DNA of 64,000 bases from Eledone cirrhosa (taxonomy: Eukaryota), in assembly GCA_964016885.1 (NCBI GenBank), contig OZ024744.1:123504001-123568000 (forward strand), written 5' to 3'. The position numbers and the translations under genes are program-made. Of this stretch, positions 12,829 through 26,007 are shown piece by piece. The first letter of the stretch is position 1. Every line of letters starts with the position of its first letter. The notes under the pieces are model-generated. The model searched no databases, was not told the origin of the DNA, and saw only the letters and a list, made by a program, of their open reading frames with translations.

Positions 12829-14290
12829 ACCACTTTGCAGTGTGTACTGAGTACTTTTTGTCATGACACCTATATGACGACTACAGTGTGGATTGGGTAC
12901 TTTTTGTTGTGACACCTACATGACCATTTTACAGTGTGTACTGGATACTTTTTGTTGTGACACACCTACATGGCCACTTTATATTGTGTGGTGGATGACT
13001 TTTGTGGAGACACCTACATGACCAGTTTACAGTGTGTACTGGATACTTTTTGTTGTGACACACCTACATGGCCACTTTATATTGTGTGGTGGATGACTTT
13101 TGTGGAGACACCTACATGACCAGTTTACAGTGAGTACTGGGTGCTTTTTATTGTAACACCTACATGACCACTTTAGAGTGTGTGCTGGGTACTTTTTGTG
13201 GTGACTCGTACATGATCAGTTTACAGTGTATTCGGGGTACTTTTTTTCATGATACCTACATGACACACTTTACAGTGTTTACTGGGTACGTTTTGTTGTG
13301 ATATCTACATGAACCCTTTAGAATCTGGACTGGGTATTTTTTTGTGGAGACACCTACATGACCAGTTTACAGTGAGTACTGGGTGCTTTTTGTTGTGACA
13401 CCTACATGACCAGCTTACAGTCTGTACTGGGTTCTTTTTGTCATGACACCTACATGACCAATTTACAGGGTCTGACCGGAAGTGACCAACAGGGTGTTTT
13501 GTCAACCACAAAGGGAATCAACTCCAGCTACTTCCTGTCTAGAGAGCGTTACTCAATTTGTGATGTGCTCATCACAACAAGGGAGTCAACTCTTGCTACA
13601 CACCTACATGAGTACAATGTGTACTTTTTGTCATGACATGTACATAACAACCTTACAGTGGCAGCATTATAAGAAGTGATTGCGACTCTTAGGTGCTAAA
13701 ACAACCAAGTACCCTCACAAGTATCACCTAACAGCTCTGTAGACAAATTGCTACCAATGAGAAAATATACAAGTTAATAAATAGGTTAAGATGACCTAAC
13801 ATATTTACAACTTACACTCACATTTTATAACATATCATCAAAGTCATCAGAGTATAACCTCCATTTTACTACACTAGCATGGGTTGGACAGATTGTACTA
13901 TTTGAGGCAAGTCAGGTCAGATGACCGTGTCTTACTCATATAGATATGTTTCTTGCTTGGTTTCTACAAATGGATGCCCTTCCTAAAGCCAACCTAAAGT
14001 GTACTGGGTACTTTTTGTTGTGACACCTACATGAACACTTTACAGAGTTTACTGGGTACTTTTTGTTGTGACACCTACATGACCAGCTTACAGTCTGTAC
14101 TGGGTACTTTTTGTCATGACACCTACATGACCAGTTTACAGGGTGTACTGGATACTTATTGTTCTGACACCTACATGACTACTTCACAGTGTGGACTGAG
14201 TAGGTTTTACTGACACCTACACTACCACTTTACTGTGTGAACTGGGTACTTTTTGTCTTGACACCTACATGACCACTTTACAGTGTGTAC

Positions 14291-15774
14291 TGGGTGTATG
14301 GTGTGACGTGCGATGGCCGGAAGCTGGTGCATGCTCGACCGGAAGAGTGCTTGACCGGAAAGGTGCTTGGCCGGAAGGGTGCTCGACCGGAAGGGCCAGT
14401 AGATTGGCCTCTCTCTAGTGGTGACCAGGAACGGTGTGGACGCGACTTTTGGCAGCTCCCGGTGTTAATGAGTCGGACGCACGTGGAAGAGGAGAAATCA
14501 ACAATCGGATTTAGCGGCGCCTATGAAAAGCGGTAAGTGAGATAGCTTTTTCTAACCACAAGCTATTTCGGCACTGGAAACTGAGATCTGATAGAAAAAA
14601 AAAAAAAATGAAAGGTACTGGAAAAACAGGGAGGTGTCTGTTGTTTTTTTTTTATCATATACCGCAAGACAAAGTAGGATATGGCGACGAGACTACGAAC
14701 GAGCGAAGCGATTAGGGCATTTACCGGTGAAGGCGATGTTGTCTCTTGGTTGCGAAATGTCCGGCTGGTCGCAAGCTTACAGAAGATAGAAGATGTGGCG
14801 GGCCTCATGGCACTGTACCTCGAGGGGGATGCGTTGGTACTCTTCCTTGAGTTGGATGAACACAGCCAAAGAGATGCGCAAAAGATTGAGAGGCGCATGC
14901 TGGAAGCGTTCGCAGAGGGACCATTAGCCGCTTTTGCTAAGCTGGCAAGAATTAGATGGAACGGTGGACGCGTTAACATTTTCGCAGCGGAAATACGGTG
15001 ATTGGCCATGTTGGCTGGATATCAGGTGGAATGCGAACGCACGGTGCAGTTGGCGTTCATAAATGGATTTCCAGACGACATAGCGGTGAAACTGCAGCAA
15101 GTGCCGGGTTACAAAGAAATGGAAATGTGTTCACTGGTGGAACAAGGCCGGATCATAGCAGAAGATGCCAAGAAGAGTGTCGCGGCGATAGCAACTACAG
15201 AGGCTCAAGACAGCTGGCAGCGAAATGGTGAATTGTAGGCAACCACGGCACGCGGTCGCCCGCGAACGTTTAGAGATCGCTGTTTTAGGTGCCAGAGCCC
15301 GCACATGGCTAGAGACTGTAGAGAGTCAAGGCCGGAAATAATATGCTACCGGTGTAAGCAACCAGGCCACATCGCTACTAACTGCGACCAGAGAAACGAT
15401 CCAAGGGGAACTACTGCGCCGGTAGTTGCCCCTTACGAGTAGAGGCGCTGCCCGTGGTGGAAGTCTTCATGAGGGGTAAGCCACAGCGAGCCCTCGTGGA
15501 CACGGGCTGTACGACGACACTGGTGACCGCAGGGGTGGCGCAGAGGTGGAGGGGGAAGAGCAGTGTAAGGGCAGTCGACGGCAGGAAAATTGAATGCCGA
15601 GGTCGCAGCGAGGTGGCCGGAAGCTGGGGAGTGCTCGACCGGAAGAGTGCTTGACCGGAAGGGTGCTTGGCCGGAAGGGTGCTCGACTGGAAGAGCCAGC
15701 AGATCGGCCTCTCTCTAGTGGTGACCAGAAACGGTGTGGACGCGAGTTTTAGCAGCTCCCGGTGTTAATGAGTC
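14291..15774 (+). mobile_element. Internally deleted duplicate of the LTR element (5' LTR, gag, part of protease, partial 3' LTR)
   Basis: Same left junction as 2172. The protease region joins the 3' LTR at GGTGG (15612-15616). Confidence 0.92.
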
Positions 15775-18700
15775 TCGTACTTGACCACTTTACAGTCTAC
15801 TCTGTGTCCTTTTTGTTGTGAGACCTACATGACCACTTTACAGTGTAGACTGGGTACTTTTTGTTGTAACACCTACCTTACCTCTTTACAGTGTGTTCTG
15901 CGTACTTTTTGTTGTGACACCTACCTTACCACTTTACAGTGTGTACTGGGTACTTTTTGTTGTGACACCGACATGACCACTTTACAGTGTGGACAGGGTA
16001 CTTTTTGCTGTGTCACCTATACTACGACATTACAGTATGTACTGGGTACTTTTTGTTGTGACACCTACACAACCACTTTAAAGTGTGTACTGGGTACTTT
16101 TTGTAATGACACCTACACAACCCCTTTACAATGTGGACACTTTACTGTGAGGACTGGGTGCTTTTTGTTGAGACACCTACATGACCACTTTACAGTGTGG
16201 ACTGGGTACTTTTTGTTGTCACACCTACAGGACCACTTTACAGTCTGGATAGATACTTTTTGTCATGACACCTACATGACTACTTTACAGTGTGTGCTGA
16301 GCACTTTTTGTTGTGACATCTACATGAACACTTTACAGTGTGTACTGGGTACTTTTTGTTGCAAGACCTACATGACCACTTTACACTGTAGACTGGGTAC
16401 TTTTTGTTGAGACACCTACATGACCACTTTACAGTGTTTTCTGGGCACTTTTTGTTGTGACACCTACATGATCACCTTACAGTCGGTACTGGGTACTTTT
16501 TGTGGTGACACCTACATGACCATTTTACAGTGTTAACTGGGTACGTTTAGTTGTGACACCTACATGACCACTTTACAGTGTGTACTGGGTACTTTTTGTT
16601 GTGACATACCTACATGACCACTTTATAGAGTGGGGTGGGTGATTTTTGTGGTGACACATACATGACCAGGTTACAGTGTAGACAGGGTACTTTTTGTTGT
16701 GACACCTACACTACCACTTTATAGTGTCTACTTGGTACTTTTTGTTGTAACACCTATATGATCACTATACAGTGGGTACTGAATACTTTTTGTTGTGACA
16801 CCTATATGACCACTTTACAGTGTGTACTGGGTACTTTTTGTTGTGACACGTACATGACCAGTTTACAGTATGTACTGGGTACTTTTTGTTGTAACACTTA
16901 CATGACTACTTTACGGGGTGTACTGGGTACTTTTTGTCATGACACCTATATGAGGACTTTATAGTGTGTACTGTGTACTTTTTGTCATGGCACCTACATG
17001 ACCACTACAGTGTGGACAGGGTACTTTTTGCTGTGACACCTGCACTACCACTTTACAGTGTGTATTGTGTACTTTTTGTTGTGACACCTACATGACCACT
17101 TTACAGTGAGTACTTGGTACTTTTTGTTGTGACACCTACACAACCACTTTACAGTGAGTACTTGGTACTTTTTGTTGTGACACCTACATGACCACTCTAC
17201 AGTGTGTACTGGGTACTTTTTGTTGTGTCACCTACATGACCACTTTACAGTGTGTACTGGGTAGTTTTTGTTGTGACACCTACATGACCACTTTACAGTG
17301 TGTACTGGGTACTTTTTGTTGTGTCACCTACATGACCACTTTACAGTGTGTACTGGGTAGTTTTTGTTGTGACACCTACATGACAACGTTACTGTGTGGA
17401 CAGGATGCCTTTTGTTGTGACACCTATATGACGACTTTACAGTGTGTACTGTGTACTTTTTGTCATGACACCTACATGACCACTTTACTGTGTGTACTGA
17501 GTACTTTTTTTCATGACACCTATATGACGACTTTACAGTGTGGATTGGGTACTTTTTGTTGTTACACCTACATGACCACTTTACAGTGTGGATTGGGTAC
17601 TTTTTGTTGTTACACCTACATGACCACTTTACAGTGTGTACTGTTGTGACACACCTACATGACCATTTTATAGAGTGGGGTGGGTGATTCTTGTTCTGAC
17701 ACTTACATGAACACTTTACAGTGTTGGCTGGGTGTTTTCTGTCATGACACCTACATGACCACTTTACAGTGTGTACTGGGTACTTTTTTTTGTGACACTT
17801 ACATGACCACTTTATAGTGTCGGGTGGGTGACATATTTGGTGACACCTTCGTGACCACTTTAGTGTCTACTGGGTACTTTTTGTTGTGACACCTAGATGA
17901 CCACTTTATAGTGTGGACTGGGTACTTTTTGTTGTGACACCTACGTGACTACAATGTGTACTTTTTGTCATGACACCTACATAACCACCTTACAGTGGCA
18001 GCATTATGCGACTCTTAGGTGCTAAAACAACCAAGTACCCTCACAAGTATCACCTAACAGCTCTGTAGACAAATTGCTACCAATGAGAAAATATATAAGT
18101 TAATAAATAGGTTAAGAAGACCTAAAATAGTCACAACTGACACTCACATTTTATGATCGAAGTCATCAGAGTATAACCTCCATTTTACTACACTAGCATG
18201 GGTTGGACAGATTGTACTATTTGAGGCAAGTCAGGTCAGATGACCGTGTCTTACTCATATAGATATGTTTCTTGCTTGGTTTCTACAAATGGATGCCCTT
18301 CCTAACTCCAACCATATATACAGTGTGTACAGGGTACTTTTTGTCATGACACCTACATGACCATTTTACAGTATATACTGGGCCCTTTTTGTCATTACAC
18401 CTACATGACTACTTTACAGAGTGTGCTGGGTATTTTTTGTTGTGACACTTACATGACCATTTTACAGTGTGTACTGGGTACTTTATGTCACCTTACAGTG
18501 GCAGCATTATAAGAAGTGATTGCGACTCTTATGCGCTAAAACAACCAAGTACCCTCACAAGTATCACCTAACAGGTTTGTAGACAAATTGCTACCAATGA
18601 CAAAATATACAAGTTAATAAATAGGTTAAGATGACCTAACATATTTACAACTTACACTCACATTTTATGACATATCATCGAAGTCATCACAGTATAACCT

Positions 18701-19204
18701 CCATTTTACTACACTAGCATGGGTTGGACAGATTGTACTATTTGGGGCAAGTCAGGTCAGATGACCGTGTCTTACTCATATAGATATGTTTCTCGCTTGT
18801 TTTCTACAAATGGATGCCCTTCCTAATGCCAATCATATTTACAGAGTGTACTGGGTACTTTTTGTTGACACCTATATGACCAATTTACAGTGTGTACTGG
18901 GTACTTTTTGTTCTGACACCTACATAACCATTTTACAGTGTGTACTGGGTACTTTTTGTTCTGACACCTACATAACCATTTTACAGTGTGTACTGGGCCC
19001 TTTTTTTCATGACACCTGCATGACTACTTTACACTGTGCAATGTGGGCTTTTTGTTGTGACACCTACATGACCACTTTGCAGTGTGTACTGGGTACTTTT
19101 TGTTGTGATACCTACGTGACCACTTTACAGTGTGGACTGGGTACTTTTTGTTGTGGTACTGCCACTATGGGAGAACAAGTCCGTCTGGAGCTTGGAGGCT
19201 CATC

Positions 19205-19400
19205 AGACTGGCACTTATTCCAGTTTTTGAGGCATGAAGCAACTGAGAGTACAACACTTCCTTCTGGACAGGACACCAAGCCATTACAGGTTTAAACTCC
19301 CAGCTGTTAATTTTCAGCTGTGTATATAGGTGTATACAAACAACCAGGAATTGGACCTACAACAAGTCCAGGAATTGGACCTACAACATTACGATTGTAT
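19205..19400 (-). mobile_element. Old SINE remnant, possibly Nin/Deu-domain type
   Basis: CCAGTTTTTGAGGCATGAAGCAACTGAGAGTA...CTGGACAGGAC resembles, from memory, the conserved Nin-SINE domain. Confidence 0.35.
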
Positions 19401-19855
19401 AAGTTGAAACAGTAACCACATCTTGCCCATACATTCCTGTGGTGCATGTCCAGTGCTATTATTCCATTGTATTATAGGAATTCATTCGTTCATCACTAAT
19501 AATATTTTATTCTGTCCAACACAGAAGAAAAAGTTTGAAAGGAGACAATCATCAGATCAGACCAAGGAAACAATGTTTCTATTGGTCTTTCCATTAATGA
19601 TACTATCTCTCAGTCACAACACCTGACAGAAGAAAGGAGCTGATCATCAGATCAGACGAAGGAAACACAGATAACATCTAGGAGTAATAACTACTCATAG
19701 ACAGAAATTTGATTTGAACCGAGCACCAGCTCCCGAACACTAGCTCTCTAGACAAACACTACACCACATCACAGTGGTGTCACAGCTCCCTAGACAGTCA
19801 CAACACCCCAGCTTGTGTGGTGACTCGGCCACACCCAATCTACAAATTTACAAAG

Positions 19856-21026
19856 GTGTGTACCCAGTACACACTGTAAAGTGGTCATGCAGGTATCACA
19901 ACAAAAAGTACCCAGTCTACACTGTAAAGTGGTTATGTAGGTGTCACAACAAAAAGTACCCAGTCCACACTGTAAAGTGGTCATGTACGTGACACAACAA
20001 AAGATACCCAGTACACACTATAAAGTGGTCATGTAAGTGTCACAACATAAAGTACCCAGTACACACTGTAAAGTGGTCATGTAGGTGTCACAACAAAAAG
20101 TACCCAGTCTACACTGTAAAGTGGTCATATAGGTGTCACAACAAAAAGTACCCAGTACACACTGTAAAGTGGTCATGTAGGCGACACAACAAAAGATACC
20201 CAGTACACACTGTAAAGTGGTCATGTAGGTGTCACAACAAAAAGTACCCAGTACACACTGTAAAATGGTCATGTAGGTGCCACAATAAAAAGTACCCAGT
20301 ACACACAGTAAAGTGGTAGTGTAGGTGTCACAGAAAAAAGTACCCAGTTCACTCTGTAAAGTGGTCATGTAGGTGTCACAACAAAAAGTACACAGTATAC
20401 TCTGTAAAGTGGTCATGTAGGTCAAACAGAAAAAGTACCCAGTACGCACTGTAAGCTTGTCATGTAGGTGTCACAACAAAAAGTAGCCTGGCTACACTGT
20501 AAAGTGGTCATGTAGATGTCACAACAAAAAGTGCCCAGTACACACTGTAAAGTGGTCACGTAGGTGTCACAACAAAAAGTACCCAGTACACACTGTAAAG
20601 TGGTCATGTAGATGTCACAACAAAAAGTGCCCAGTACACACTGTAAAGTGGTCATATAGATGTCACAAGAAAAAGTGCCCAGTACACACTGTAAAGCAAT
20701 CATGTAGGTGTCATGGCAAAAAGTACCCAGTACACAGTGTAAAGTGGTCATGTAGACGTCAGAACAAAAAGTACCCAGTACACACTGTAATGTAGTCATG
20801 TAGACGTCAGAACAAAAAGTACCTAGTACACACTGTAAAGTGGTCATATTGCTGTCACAACAAAAAGTGCCCAGTACACACAGTAAGGGGGTCATGTAGG
20901 TGTCACAGCTAAACGTACCCAGTCCACACCGTAAAGTGATCATGTAGGTGTCACAACAAAAAGTACCCAGTCCACACTGTAAAGTGGTCATGTAGGTGTC
21001 ACAACAAAATGTACCCAGTCCACACT
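19856..21026 (-). repeat. 48-bp satellite, inverted orientation
   Basis: Units read GTACCCAGTACACACTGTAAAGTGGTCATGTAGGTGTCACAACAAAAA, the reverse complement of the main array. Confidence 0.96.
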
Positions 21027-21146
21027 CTAGATGGTAGGGGGTGGGGGTGATAGTGGTGGTGGTGGTGACATTATCGAAAGTGATATTGGTTAATAGAGGT
21101 ATGCGAGAGTGTGTGTTTTCGTGTGCACGAGTATAAGTGGGTCTGT

Positions 21147-24100
21147 CACTCTGTCGACAGAGGTAGACGTGTATTAACGAGCTCTGTGTTTTACATTGGT
21201 TTTACCTTGTAAAGAGTGAGATTTGGGATTTATTTTTCTATTGTGATATAATTTAACCCATCGTTATGGCCTGCAGACGTTGGGGTTATTATTATTTCCG
21301 CTCCTTTTTGGGGTGAAAGTTTTCTTCTTACAATTTTGTGAACTCAGCTTGTAGTAATGGACGGCATTAATACAAGTGATGGTCCCACACTCCCCAAAGA
21401 AAAAATATCTTCGAGGAAAAATGAAAGCACAAAGTGCCCAGCTTCCCCCTTCCCTTAACGAAAAACATTAATAAGGAACAACAGACAACAACCGAAAAGA
21501 CAAAAATTGGAAATAATACCAGCAACGGAAAAATTATCGATACCAATACGAACACCAAAGTGAACAGCGACAACAACAACAATGACAAGAAAAACAACGA
21601 CAACAAAATTTCCTTTGCGGAAACTGTAAAAAAAAACCAACGCAAAGCAAAAGTTGGAAGAAGCAAAAAGGTATGTGACTTTCGAACCCGATGGTTCATT
21701 CAGCATTAATTCCCCAGAAGAAATAAAAAGAGAAATTGCCACGAGCACGGTGGTGTTCAGGACAATCTCGAATGCTACAAAAAAACCAGTACAACTGTCT
21801 CAGAGTGAGATAGAGCTGGTTTTAAGGAACCAAATGGAAAGCATTTTGTTCATTCAAAAAGGAAAACTCTTCGGTAGCATCTCGGTTCTTATGAAGGATC
21901 AAGAAACGGCGCAAAAACATTCTATTGCGCCCATTGTATCCACCCACTTCACCTTTTCCCCATCTTAGATGGGAAGAGGGTTTTCCAAAATTAAAATTCA
22001 ACTGCATAAGACCCAAAGTAGACAGTTGGTGGCTACTTTGTGGCGTTTTAGACCTTGACCAAGACATTATAATCTCAGGTGGAAAGTCCCCCAGAGAGGT
22101 CTTTAGTGGGACCAGCGTAGAACTTCTGGTGCAAATGAGCCTGGAAAGGATAGCGAAGATCCCACAGAGAATTCATTTAGATGGAGGGACCTACATAAAT
22201 ATTTCAGTTGAGGGTAGGCGACCCGCGTGTTACCACTGCGCAAGCAGAGGTCACTTGAGGGCTGCATGCCCTCAACTGATAAAAAAGAAACCATTATTAC
22301 AAACGTGGATTGGCAGTATCGGTAGAGGGTCGGACGTCATGCTTTCCAGCATAGTTACGTCTCTTTACAATCTGAGTTCAAATGCCGCCGAGGTTGACTT
22401 TGCCTTTCATCCATACGGGGTCGATAAAATAAAGTACCAGTAATACACTGGGATAATTTCTGGCCTTGTGCCTTAAGTAGAAATAATTATTACAAACACC
22501 ACCAACACCACCACAACCACCACAACAACAACATCCCAAGAAATCAACCCAAAATACGATCCCACCCAGCCCCTCCCCTCAGAACACAAATACAAAAACA
22601 CACGCAGTGCAAACACAACCTGGCAATATACCCCTCCTCTCCAATACGGAAGAGGAGCTCATATCCTCGGAAGACGAGGAGGCTCCCTTCCAAAAAGTCA
22701 AAAGAAAAAATGTACACACACCACACAAACAAAAATAACCCACCTGACAACACAACACATACAACAAAACGCAAGCACACCCAAGAACAACAAACAAAAA
22801 CAATCACAACAACACAAAAACTCTACACATACATAAACAAAAACAATAAAAACTTAGTAGACAAAATAAACAATATCCCTTGGTGAAGGCGAAGCTTTTA
22901 GGCTGGTCACCGTTTACGCCCCTTTTGGGGCAATGCGGTCGGACTTCTTCCATCGTCTGGAGACTTTTCTAGGGATGTGCCGCTCCTTGATTAGAGTAGT
23001 TTCAATAGGAGTTAGTAAGGAGTTAGCCTCAGATAGAAATAGGAAGGAAAAGGAGTTGGTAGTTAATGTTGAAGAGGCAATTAGAAGCGGCAACGTGGCC
23101 AGAGTGCAAGCGTCGAAAACGGCCTTGAGCCAGTTCTTCGCCGCGAAACACGAAGGCTGCGTTGTCCGAAACAAAATACGTGCTCTGGGAAACGAGGGGA
23201 CCAAAGCTGTTAGCTGGGCCCGCGTGATACAAGCCAAAAGTGGGATTAGATCCATTATCCGCTCTTTGCGAGACCAGGATGGACGGGTGATCCTTGAACC
23301 TAAGCAAATGTGCGAGGCCTTTCAAAGGCACTTTTCCCGATTGTTCGGGAGGGACGGGGGCCGGTTGGGGATGTGGTTTTCGGTCCATACCTCGACGGCC
23401 TGCCGCGTCTTTCGGACGAGGAGGCGAGGTCCTGCGACAGGCCGATCTCATAGGGGACGTGCTAAACCTATGCGGCAAACGCATATCTCCAGGCCTCGAT
23501 GGTCTGCCCTACGAACTATATATAATATGCCGGACTTGTTCCCCGATCTCCTCGAGGCGGTCTACTGCAACTGGCAACAGAACGGGAGAATTCCCTGTTC
23601 TGTGACCAAGGGCGTAGTCTCGTTAGTGAGGAAGGACGAGAACAAGGGGGATGACATTAGTAATTTTAGGCCCATAACTCTGCTGAACCCAGAGTTAAAG
23701 ATTTTGGCCAAGGTGTTAGCGAAGAGGCTGGCGCTTGTCGTGGGGGGCCTGGTGGGAGATGCGCAGACATGCACTATCCCGTCCAGGTCCATCCACGACA
23801 ACCTCCACCTCATGCGATACATCATAGAGAGGGTTGGGAACAAACCCGGCTTTGGTGGGACCCTGATCAATTTAGATCAGTCTAAAGCTTTCGATAGGGT
23901 GGACCATGGTTACCTGGATGCGGTGCTAGCGGCGGCTGGTTTCGGACCCGTTTTCAGGGGCTGGATCACTGCCATGCATAACAGCCGCATCTGCTCTAGA
24001 GTCAAGGTGAACGGCTACCTCTCGGAGCCGTTCTAAATCACCCGTTCCATCCGACAAGGATGCCCTCTCTGCTCCCTTCTGTAAATATTGGCTCTCGAGC

Positions 24101-25784
24101 CACTACTGCGGAAGTTGGAGTTGTTGCAGGGCATCCCTTTGGAACCGGGATTGCTCAAAGAAGTGTCAGCCTACGCCGATGACGTAACAGTAATGGTGTC
24201 GACCACCTCGGAATTCGGGGCAATCGGCACCTTACTGGAGGAGTACGAAAGATTGACAGGGGCTAAGCTGAACCGGGACAAGTCAGTCGCTTTGCAACTC
24301 GGCGAGTGGAAGGGCAAACCGATGTCGTCCGACGGTATCGTCGGAAGGTTGACGGAGGGCCCGATGAAGTTGCTTGGGGTCTGGTTCGGACCGGACCTCC
24401 AGGTGGGGAAAAACTGGGGTGAGGTTACCAATAGGGTGTTTGCACTGACCCGGAGTGGGGCGAGTGCAAACTATCCCTGAAAGGTCGGGCGGAGGTGGCG
24501 AACGCTTACATAGCGTCCGTCAACTATTACCGCTTGACTGTCGTGCCTTGCCGAGTGAGATCCTCACCAAAATGGAGCGCGCTCTCTTCTAATTCCTTTG
24601 GAAGAAGAGGGCTCCTCTGGTGAGGAGATCCATCTGCTGTCAACACCCTTTGAAAGGAGGGCTGGGGATGCCGTGGCTAAAAATGCGTAAACACGCATTG
24701 AGGCTACGACACCTTCAGGTATTCCTCACCGGTCAACCGGTGTGGGCCCCGTTTGTGAGGCGAGCCTTTCCGAGGCTCATCTCGCTCACCGCCGAGCTGC
24801 AGTCCTGGGTGAAGCAAAGACCGAGAAAACTGGGCGACTGGCACACCGAGTGTGCCCAGGCGCTCACGGGCAAGCGGACCCGGCTATCGGTGGAGACTCC
24901 ACCTCCTCATTCTATAGAGGGCTAGTGGTTAGCAAGAGCAACGACGCCCTCGGAGAAACCGTAGGCATGGAGGAGGACGAACAGGCCAGCCTCTTCGGCA
25001 GGACTTTCGGCACGGGACCTATGGACAACTTCCAGAAGTCCTTGGCCTGGCAGTGTTACCGAGGGGCTCTGCCCGTTCGGGATAAGCTCTACAGACACGG
25101 GCGCCCGGGTAGGGACCCCTCGAAAAAGATCTGTCCCAGTGTACCAATGCGTGCGCGACGAGGAAACCGTCGCGCACGCATTGATACACTGCCCCGGCGT
25201 TGCCGATCTGTGGGGCTATGTAGAACAACTGCTGTCACGGGTGGGACCAATCAGGTTGACCACCGAGTCCATTGTAACGATCAAGCCACCTCCCCCCTTC
25301 TAAAATGAACGAGAGGCGGTCTTCTTCTGTGTAATAGCCATGGTAAAAGAGGTTGTATGGTGGACGCGTCTAAAAGGGCTGAGGTCGGACACCTTTCTTT
25401 CCGGCCAACAACTAGTCCTTTTCTTCCGATACCATTTCGGAAGAAGGATCAGGATGGAGAGAGAGGTGCTCCACTCCAGCCAGTTTTATGAAGGTGGGTG
25501 AAAGTTGCGAGAATGGCCCGTGTGAATGGGCCTTCTCTCTACCTCAGCCTGTAGGTGGAAAAGGATGAAGGAAGAAGGCAGCACCCTCTCTTTGTGCTCC
25601 CGTGAAGAGTCGCACATTTTTTTTCGGGGGTGCGTGTGACCCCAAAACGATCCCTCACTATTGAGGACCTTTTTGTTATAATTTTATTTGTTATTACATT
25701 TTTTTTACTCGATTTCTATGTAACCCCCCCCCCCCCCATGTATGTGTCCCTTTCTTTTGTGCCCTCGTGGCAAATAAACAAAAA
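21147..25784 (+). mobile_element. Tx1/L1-clade LINE copy 1 (subfamily A), with internal deletions of the ORF1 end and endonuclease, plus a SINE insertion
   Basis: ORF1 CX2CX4HX4C knuckle (CYHCASRGHLRAAC); RT motifs LDQSKAFDRV and AYADDV; AATAAA followed by (TGTC)n. Deletion junctions at ~22881 and ~22989. Confidence 0.93.
22305..22485 (+). mobile_element. tRNA-derived SINE inserted in ORF1
   Basis: A-box-like TGGCAGTATCGG, B-box GAGTTCAAATGCC, 12-bp TSD ATTATTACAAAC; absent from copy 2. Confidence 0.9.
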
Positions 25785-26007
25785 TGTGTCTGTCTGTCAC
25801 TCTGTGGACGGAGGTAGACGTGTATTAACGAGCTCTGTGTTTTACATTGGTTTTACCTTGTAAAAAGTGAGTTTTGGGATTTATTTTTCTCTAGTGATAT
25901 ACTTTAACCCATCGTTATGGCCTGCAGACGTTGGGGCTATTATTATTTTCGCCCCTTTTTGGGGTGAAAGTTTTCTTCTTACAATTTTGTGAACTCAGCT
26001 TGTAGTA

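Larger units (their letters stand above)
1..19156 (+). repeat. 48-bp satellite array (consensus GACACCTACATGACCACTTTACAGTGTGTACTGGGTACTTTTTGTTGT), interrupted by TE insertions
   Basis: Long run of diverged tandem copies; the ORF track shows a 16-aa period (MTTLQCVLGTFCCDTY). Confidence 0.97.

Noticed and set aside
6368-20991. Cys-rich repeat ORFs (MTTLQCVLGTFCCDTY)n resembling metallothionein or keratin-associated proteins
   Set aside because: They arise because the 48-bp unit lacks stops in one frame. Frequent stops and frameshifts, both orientations and TE interruptions argue against coding.
1-21026. CRISPR-like regular repeats
   Set aside because: Units are contiguous with no unique spacers, no cas genes are present, and the context is eukaryotic.
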